Virus record (IMG/VR): IMGVR_UViG_3300025155_000130
Location: 1 to 32,011 of that record
From: a virus
Taxonomy: Duplodnaviria > Caudoviricetes
Strand: one strand, 5' to 3'
Length of the DNA stretch: 32,011 bases
A program made the position numbers and the translations under genes. Shown here piece by piece: positions 26,878 to 32,011 of the stretch. How positions within the stretch are numbered: position 1 is the first letter of the stretch; each line of letters opens with the position of its first letter. Below the pieces are notes generated by a model, which made no database searches, was not told the origin of the DNA, and was given only the letters and a program-made list of their open reading frames with translations.

Positions 26878-28275
26878 CTATACTGCTACTCCATAAGCAA
26901 GAGGAGTAATCTTAACTATACAACTTGTACCACCATCATTATTCATATTCTGCGCGGTTGAATTCTTAATATAGAAATCAATACTAGTTGCGCCTTGCAA
27001 ATCAATCTTTATCTGTCGTCTTTGAAGTGCATCAGTTCCAGCAATTATCCATGAACCAAAATAATGTGCCCCACCATTAACAGTCGTTGCAGGCGCATCA
27101 GTTTCATCATCTGTTCCATCTATATTATTAAGAATACCATATAAATCTACTGTAGTTCCTGCTACTGGAGCTGCTGCCCAATCAGGAGCTTCTAACATTG
27201 CTAATGCTTCTCTTGCATATGGAACTGCTGCATCAGAAGTATTATCAAAACTTGCAGCAGGAGCACCTGAAAAATTACCCGCTGCAATATCTGTTGCTGT
27301 ATTAATTACTGTCTGAGCAGTTCCATAGAATGCTTTCTCAGGATAATTAGCTGCTGTAATTAATAAATAAACTAATCCTCTTAAGTATTGTTGTAATGTT
27401 CCATTTGCATCAGTAATTACTTTTGCTCCAGAAATAGCACCTAATACTGCTACTGCTGGATCATCTGATGCAAGTGTAGTTCTAGGAGTATTTGCTGCTA
27501 CTGCTCCCGCGCCTGCTGTAATAGCAACTTGACCAGCAATTAAATTAACTTTCGCGCGATCGGTTTCGTCCCAATCGTCAATAATTTGTAATGCTACTAC
27601 AGCAGGATCATCACTAGCTAATGTAGTGCGTGGTGTATTTGCAGCAACAGCACCAGCACCAGCAGTTATTGCTACTTGACCAGCAACAAGATTTACTGCT
27701 GCACGATTAGTTTCATCCCAATCATCTATTATTTCTACGGCAGCTTGAATTGCTTGTTCTGCTGTAATTTGTGTTGATTGGTTTGCTGATGTAGCAACCC
27801 CAGTTACTGCAACCGTTCCTGATACTGGAACTGCTGTAGCGCGTAGTTGTGTATCAGTTAATGCATCTGTTTGTTGTGATGCTGCTGTAGCTGCTCCAGT
27901 AGGTAATGGTAATGTTGCTGCACTAACTGGTACTGCTGTTGCTCTTAATTGAGCATCTGTTAATCCACCAGTTACAACAGTACCAGAAACTACAATAGGA
28001 TTAGTTGCTGTTCCCCCAGCAACAGGTCCACCAGCACCTGGTAATGCTAATCCTACTAATGATAAGTTTGCAGTTCCCGCGCCAGTATCATAATCAAGTA
28101 ATTGCTCAGTCTCTATGGGTACACGTAATCTACTACTAATACCAACTACATTTGCATCTGTAGATGGATCAGAAATTACAATTCCTTGCCTATGATAACC
28201 TAGAACTGTAGTAGTCCAGGTATCAATTAATTTACCTGTGCTATCCGGTGGAACTTGTACAAATGAATTAGCCAT
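26878..28275 (-). CDS. tail fibre protein with internal repeats
   Basis: Ala/Thr/Gly-rich; LTDxQLRATAVPVS twice; 49-aa tandem repeat; globular C-terminal beta domain. Confidence 0.75.
   Translation of the reverse strand: MANSFVQVPPDSTGKLIDTWTTTVLGYHRQGIVISDPSTDANVVGISSRLRVPIETEQLLDYDTGAGTANLSLVGLALPGAGGPVAGGTATNPIVVSGTVVTGGLTDAQLRATAVPVSAATLPLPTGAATAASQQTDALTDTQLRATAVPVSGTVAVTGVATSANQSTQITAEQAIQAAVEIIDDWDETNRAAVNLVAGQVAITAGAGAVAANTPRTTLASDDPAVVALQIIDDWDETDRAKVNLIAGQVAITAGAGAVAANTPRTTLASDDPAVAVLGAISGAKVITDANGTLQQYLRGLVYLLITAANYPEKAFYGTAQTVINTATDIAAGNFSGAPAASFDNTSDAAVPYAREALAMLEAPDWAAAPVAGTTVDLYGILNNIDGTDDETDAPATTVNGGAHYFGSWIIAGTDALQRRQIKIDLQGATSIDFYIKNSTAQNMNNDGGTSCIVKITPLAYGVAV
27440..27735 (-). 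repeat. 147-bp-period tandem duplication (49 aa x2) in the tail fibre
   Basis: IIDDWDETxRAxVNLxAGQVAITAGAGAVAANTPRTTLASDDPAV occurs twice; Trp codons at 27571 and 27718. Confidence 0.9.
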
Positions 28276-28579
28276 TTATTGCTTTGGCCTTACATTCACT
28301 ACAAATAAGTTTGCCAGTTAAGGCATTTCTAAAAGTATTCTCAGGTAAGAATTTTCCACAATCTTGACAAATTGTTTCAGTAAATACTTGTGATTGAGTT
28401 GAGTTGAAAGTACGTTTAATCCGAACTATATCAAGTGAATGAACTTGAATGAATTGCTCATGTCTTTGAATTATTTGGAATAATTGATCGCGAGATTTTT
28501 CATAGTTGTAGAGTTTCCATAAAATATAAATATTTGGAATAAGTAAAGCTAAAAATAAATAAATCATTTTACTTCTCAA
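28268..28579 (-). CDS. membrane-anchored protein with C-terminal Zn finger
   Basis: N-terminal TM segment; CQDCG...CSEC. Confidence 0.6.
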   Translation of the reverse strand: MRSKMIYLFLALLIPNIYILWKLYNYEKSRDQLFQIIQRHEQFIQVHSLDIVRIKRTFNSTQSQVFTETICQDCGKFLPENTFRNALTGKLICSECKAKAING

Positions 28580-29099
28580 TAACTATTGGTCCAATAATTA
28601 AGCTATTTGCTGGACATCTAACTGTAAGTCTTTGGTCACCATTTGCATAAGATGACATTGCAGTAATTGAACATTTAACTGTTGGTCTAGTTAATAAAAT
28701 TATAATTGAATTTAACTTATCAAGAATTTGAGTTAATTCAGTTTGGGAAATTATCGGATTTGCTACAGTATATTCAATAATATTTGAATAACCAATATTT
28801 CCTGCTGCATCTACTGCAATTGCTCTGACATTAATTATTCCAGTTAGTAATGGAATCCAATTAGTTTCATATGGTGGGATTGGATCGCGAAAGATTGGAT
28901 TACTATTCTGTTGGAACTCCACATAAGAAACTCCAACATCATCTGTAGCAGTTGCTTGAAGAATTATATTTGATCCAATAATAGTATTTCTATAAGTAGT
29001 AATACCTTGAACAAATGAAAATCTAGCGTATTCTTGTGAGGAATTAAGGGGAATAATAAATAGGATACTAATAATAATTGATAAAAGAATTCGTTTCAT
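28569..29099 (-). CDS. signal-peptide-bearing bacterial Ig-like (Big) domain protein
   Basis: MKRILLSIIISILFIIP signal; ATATDDVGVSYVEF...PPY...AIAVDAAGN motif. Confidence 0.75.
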   Translation of the reverse strand: MKRILLSIIISILFIIPLNSSQEYARFSFVQGITTYRNTIIGSNIILQATATDDVGVSYVEFQQNSNPIFRDPIPPYETNWIPLLTGIINVRAIAVDAAGNIGYSNIIEYTVANPIISQTELTQILDKLNSIIILLTRPTVKCSITAMSSYANGDQRLTVRCPANSLIIGPIVIEK

Positions 29100-29509
29100 T
29101 TTAGATTATACCTCATTCCTGATCCTGCTCCAGTTCTTTCAATTAGATTTTCACCTATTAATAAACTTATAGCATTTCTAAAATCATCTGGTCGCGCTGC
29201 ACATGAAAGTAATCGTAATCTATATGAACGATGAATTCCTTCTTTTATATGAAATAGAATCTTTTCTTTTACTAATAAAACTTCTCCATTTATTTTGTCA
29301 GGTTTTCTATAAACTTCTTTCTTAGAAGAATCATCTTTTAATAATCCTTCAACAAGATTTGGATAAAGTTTTAGAATCCCACGCGCGATGATTATTACAT
29401 CCTTAACTTTAGCATCATTCTCTAACAACCGAATTATTACAGATAATCCATGTTGGTATGAGATATGTTCAATTCTTAATTGTGCATATTCACGTTCCGA
29501 AACTTCCAT
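29096..29509 (-). CDS. hypothetical protein, possible C-terminal winged helix
   Basis: AISLLIGENLIERTGAGSGMRYNL resembles a wHTH wing. Confidence 0.5.
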   Translation of the reverse strand: MEVSEREYAQLRIEHISYQHGLSVIIRLLENDAKVKDVIIIARGILKLYPNLVEGLLKDDSSKKEVYRKPDKINGEVLLVKEKILFHIKEGIHRSYRLRLLSCAARPDDFRNAISLLIGENLIERTGAGSGMRYNLK

Positions 29510-29515
29510 TATCCA

Positions 29516-29731
29516 TTATGCAACAGTTAATGTATAAGTTGTACCAGAAACTGTTAAAGTAAGAGTTGTCTGAGTAGAAATATCAATGTAAGTAGTAACT
29601 CCTCCGGTTCGATTTAAGATGAGTAACTCCTTACCATTAACAAAGGTAAATGCCTCTACATCTGTAAATACTTGAGCTGTTAAATCTTTACCTGGACCAC
29701 TTGTTCCTGTAACTGTTACTGATGCTGCCAT
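29516..29731 (-). CDS. small Thr-rich beta protein
   Basis: Strong AGGAG SD; 71 aa. Confidence 0.65.
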   Translation of the reverse strand: MAASVTVTGTSGPGKDLTAQVFTDVEAFTFVNGKELLILNRTGGVTTYIDISTQTTLTLTVSGTTYTLTVA

Positions 29732-29746
29732 GTGAATTTCTCCTTT

Positions 29747-30259
29747 TTATCTTTCAATTTCTTGCACATCAATTACATCGTAGCTTTCTTCTTCGCGCAT
29801 TCTAGGTCTATATATTACAACAGAGTTCTTAATGTTAACTCCATCTTCAGTTCCAGTCATATTCTTTGCAACTTGACTCATATCTCTAGCAACTGAAGCT
29901 GCTGTTCTTACTCCTGCATCGAGTAATTTTTCTTTTGTAATGCAGTTCATCGCATCCATTAATTTATTGAATGCAACTCCTGAAATCTTTGATCTAACTT
30001 CATCATTAGCAGCTTCTAATTTCGCGTCGGGCTTATGATATGTAGCTGTTGAATGTGCACCATTTTTGTAGGCACTGATTGAAGATTCAGAAATTCCAAA
30101 TGTTTTAGATAATTCTTTTGCTGATGCACCTGCAATTGATTCCTGTGCAATTAACGCGCGCAGAGGTTCTGATACATTCTTAATTCCATTACCTCTACCG
30201 TGTTCAATTAATCTAGTTTCAATTAAGAATTCTTCTTCTGAAACAATTCCTAAAGGCAT
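29747..30259 (-). CDS. HTH protein, putative terminase small subunit
   Basis: Likely start MPLGIVSEE at 30259 (the longer start overlaps the promoter). HTH AKELSKTFGISESSISAYK followed by oligomerisation-type helices and a beta tail. First gene of the late region. Confidence 0.5.
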   Translation of the reverse strand: MPLGIVSEEEFLIETRLIEHGRGNGIKNVSEPLRALIAQESIAGASAKELSKTFGISESSISAYKNGAHSTATYHKPDAKLEAANDEVRSKISGVAFNKLMDAMNCITKEKLLDAGVRTAASVARDMSQVAKNMTGTEDGVNIKNSVVIYRPRMREEESYDVIDVQEIER

Positions 30260-30317
30260 AAAAATTACCAATACTTCAGCGGGCTCTGAACTCCTACACC
30301 CGTGGCGTTCAAGAGGC

Positions 30318-30346
30318 ATCTTATCATGTAATTCTTTCCAAGTCAA
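30318..30346 (-). promoter_or_regulatory. sigma70-type promoter for the late region
   Basis: Minus strand TTGACT-17 bp-TAAGAT with extended -10 TGn. Confidence 0.7.
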
Positions 30347-30384
30347 GTCATTTCTATCGTGTCAGTTTTATTATTAGTAAGATT

Positions 30385-30416
30385 AATTACAATTTTTATA
30401 ACTATAATTTGTAATT
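30385..30416. repeat. AT-rich inverted repeat
   Basis: AATTACAA...TTGTAATT arms within a very AT-rich tract. Confidence 0.4.
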
Positions 30417-30589
30417 TTTATTTTTTCCAAAATTTTTCTTGGAATTCCCAATTCTAATTTCTTAGTTATAATTTTTGCAGATATATTTTAGTTGTAATTA
30501 TTCAGATAGAATTGCTGCCATTCTCGCCTTGACTTTCGATAGATGGTACCTTTGCAGCGGGTGTATACCCCCATACGAGTATAATTACA

Positions 30590-30633
30590 AGCAAGCGAAC
30601 AAATAGCGGATGAATAGCGAACAAATAGCAAAG
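30590..30633. repeat. four degenerate 11-bp tandem units (14-bp exact repeat at 22-bp spacing)
   Basis: AGCGAACAAATAGC at 30594 and 30616; units AAATAGCGGAT / GAATAGCGAAC / AAATAGCAAAG. Confidence 0.7.
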
Positions 30634-30829
30634 GTTGTAAAAGCTAGGAATTGTAGAATAAAGTCAGCGCGTCAGGCGACTTGTCTATGGTTGAGTATTG
30701 CGTGATTGGTCATTTGATGATTGTCTACCTGGCACCGATGATGCATACTCAAGATGCGTTCGATTAGTTCTTTGACAATTGAATACGTGATTGTGGCGTC
30801 TGTTGGATGCTGGTAGATAGGATACCAGT

Positions 30830-31129
30830 ATGCCACTACCAGGTGACAGACTCTATTACGTTTGGCAGAATTACAAGACTGGCGCGTTAGAGTGCTTGTC
30901 TGTTGTTGTCAAGCGTATTGGCGAAGTTTATACCACATTTGAGAATAACGATTCATATCGTGGTATGACTCGCTACCATTCAGGAGCGTTAGAAAATAGT
31001 CCCATCTCAGAGCGTAGCGCATGGGAAAGATTCTTACGCGAGCAATATAGCGAGCAAGAACGCCTGACCGCCAGACTCAACAGAACGCGACAAGCAATAG
31101 AAACTGCCGAGCAACACATAAACAACTAG
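30830..31129 (+). CDS. hypothetical early protein (99 aa)
   Basis: AGGA SD; SH3-like beta N-terminus and coiled-coil C-terminus. Confidence 0.65.
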   Translation: MPLPGDRLYYVWQNYKTGALECLSVVVKRIGEVYTTFENNDSYRGMTRYHSGALENSPISERSAWERFLREQYSEQERLTARLNRTRQAIETAEQHINN

Positions 31130-31210
31130 CTAGTTTTCCCACCAGCATCTTATTGACTCCACAATCATCAATTCACAGGCTTTGTTAGTGGCTCATTCGA
31201 GGAGCAAACA

Positions 31211-31384
31211 ATGACAAAGTATCAGATAAGAGTGATTGTAGAAGAAACTAATGGAGATATTCGTAACACAATTTTGGATATCTCTGTTTTTGATACAGAT
31301 TCTATCGCAGAATCTATCAATCAGGCCCAAAAACTCATCAAAAGAGCAGAGAGAAAGCCAAATGGGCCTAGGAGTAAGAAGTAA
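31211..31384 (+). CDS. hypothetical early protein (57 aa), not in ORF track
   Basis: GAGGAG SD; MTKYQIRVIVEETNGDIRNTILDISVFDTDSIAESINQAQKLIKRAERKPNGPRSKK*. Confidence 0.7.
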   Translation: MTKYQIRVIVEETNGDIRNTILDISVFDTDSIAESINQAQKLIKRAERKPNGPRSKK

Positions 31385-31551
31385 TGAAAATCCGTAAATG
31401 TAAGATTGATGTGGAAAGGGATAGTCTTTTGCCACCACAAGAACCCGAATACAGCATTAGAATCCTGCCAAAGAAAAGATATGGCGCGTGGATTCTTATG
31501 CTACAGTGGAATGAAACAATCATCGAAATAGCATCGGGCGAAGGTAACTAG
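31384..31551 (+). CDS. hypothetical early protein (55 aa), not in ORF track
   Basis: AGGAG SD and TAATG overlap; MKIRKCKIDVERDSLLPPQEPEYSIRILPKKRYGAWILMLQWNETIIEIASGEGN*. Confidence 0.6.
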   Translation: MKIRKCKIDVERDSLLPPQEPEYSIRILPKKRYGAWILMLQWNETIIEIASGEGN

Positions 31552-31605
31552 CTAGCAAACCGAGCCACTAATAAAACTTGTGACTTGAAAAAGAAAAGGA
31601 TAACT

Positions 31606-31812
31606 ATGACCGCAACGGTTTGGATTCTTGAAATTGACACAGCTACTTATGCATTCTTTGATAAAGAGAATGCAATTCATATGGCAGCACAAATGCAGGT
31701 TAGAGACTATAACCTGTATGAAGTGCAGCTATATGATGGGCAGGTAGAACCTGATAATTATGGACAAGCCATAATCTATGCAGGACTACAGTTCAAAAAG
31801 GATGGTAAATAA
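31606..31812 (+). CDS. hypothetical early protein (68 aa)
   Basis: AAGGA SD before ATG 31606. Confidence 0.6.
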   Translation: MTATVWILEIDTATYAFFDKENAIHMAAQMQVRDYNLYEVQLYDGQVEPDNYGQAIIYAGLQFKKDGK

Positions 31813-31813
31813 G

Positions 31814-31996
31814 ATGGAATGCCTAATCTGTGATGGAGTCTACAACATCAAGCGCGATTGCTGCCCATATTGTGGCGCGTTCAAAGTAGGGAATAAGCAC
31901 TATGATAAGCATAATGGAATGCGTGAGTTAGCACGAGTAATTCCACGAAAGATTGTGCAGTTCTCAGAACTAAGAATCAAGTCAGAACTGGCATAG
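31814..31996 (+). CDS. small Zn-ribbon protein
   Basis: CLICDG...CPYCG; start could alternatively be 31802. Confidence 0.6.
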   Translation: MECLICDGVYNIKRDCCPYCGAFKVGNKHYDKHNGMRELARVIPRKIVQFSELRIKSELA

Positions 31997-32011
31997 CAAA
32001 AAGCAACTAAC

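Noticed and set aside
3434-26961. Short antisense or alternate-frame track ORFs (e.g. 3434, 5687, 6345, 12239, 13596, 16233, 16400, 16631, 16936, 17166, 19796, 21351, 23540, 26632)
   Set aside because: They are shadows of longer well-supported genes, with no recognisable motifs.
26124-28275. Diversity-generating retroelement target or template
   Set aside because: No reverse transcriptase in the window. The fibre repeat copies differ mostly at synonymous sites of all base types, not adenine-specifically.
30260-30346. N-terminal extension of the 199-aa ORF
   Set aside because: Its TTG start coincides with the -35 box of the predicted promoter.
30590-30633. Possible mini-CRISPR array
   Set aside because: Units are 11-14 bp with no spacer-length unique sequence.
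30772-30800. TTGACA as the -35 box of a rightward promoter
   Set aside because: No acceptable -10 hexamer at 16-18 bp spacing.
31193-31438. Minus-strand 81-aa ORF
   Set aside because: It overlaps two + strand ORFs that have strong SDs and TAATG coupling.

Overview
AT-rich (roughly one-third GC by eye) segment of a dsDNA tailed phage with podovirus-like (P22/T7-type) architecture. No integrase, host gene or CRISPR array is visible. Left end (+ strand, 1-3274): the tail of a replication/early operon (truncated DUF3987-like protein, tRNA-Leu(UAA), small proteins, a MazG-like protein). Middle (- strand, 3271-30259): one tightly coupled late region behind a good sigma70-like promoter at ~30318-30346. 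In transcription order it encodes a putative HTH/small terminase, an Ig-domain protein, a tail fibre with a LamG-like partner, a lipoprotein and holin, an EndoVII-type HNH nuclease, large terminase, portal, scaffold, major capsid, adaptor, a beta-helix spike, tail nozzle, SleB-type hydrolase, GNAT protein and three ejection proteins. Right end (+ strand, >30830): small early-type genes beyond a non-coding control region or possible genome end. Most striking signals: (1) window-wide over-representation of CGCG/CGCGCG, created through otherwise rare synonymous codons; (2) an apparently three-way split tail-nozzle gene whose middle piece is fused to a 620-aa adhesin-like module with CnaB-type isopeptide domains; (3) an S74 autocleaving chaperone on an ejection protein; (4) a hairpin-bridged split ribosome-binding site. 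All protein calls come from motif recognition and synteny only; no searches were run.
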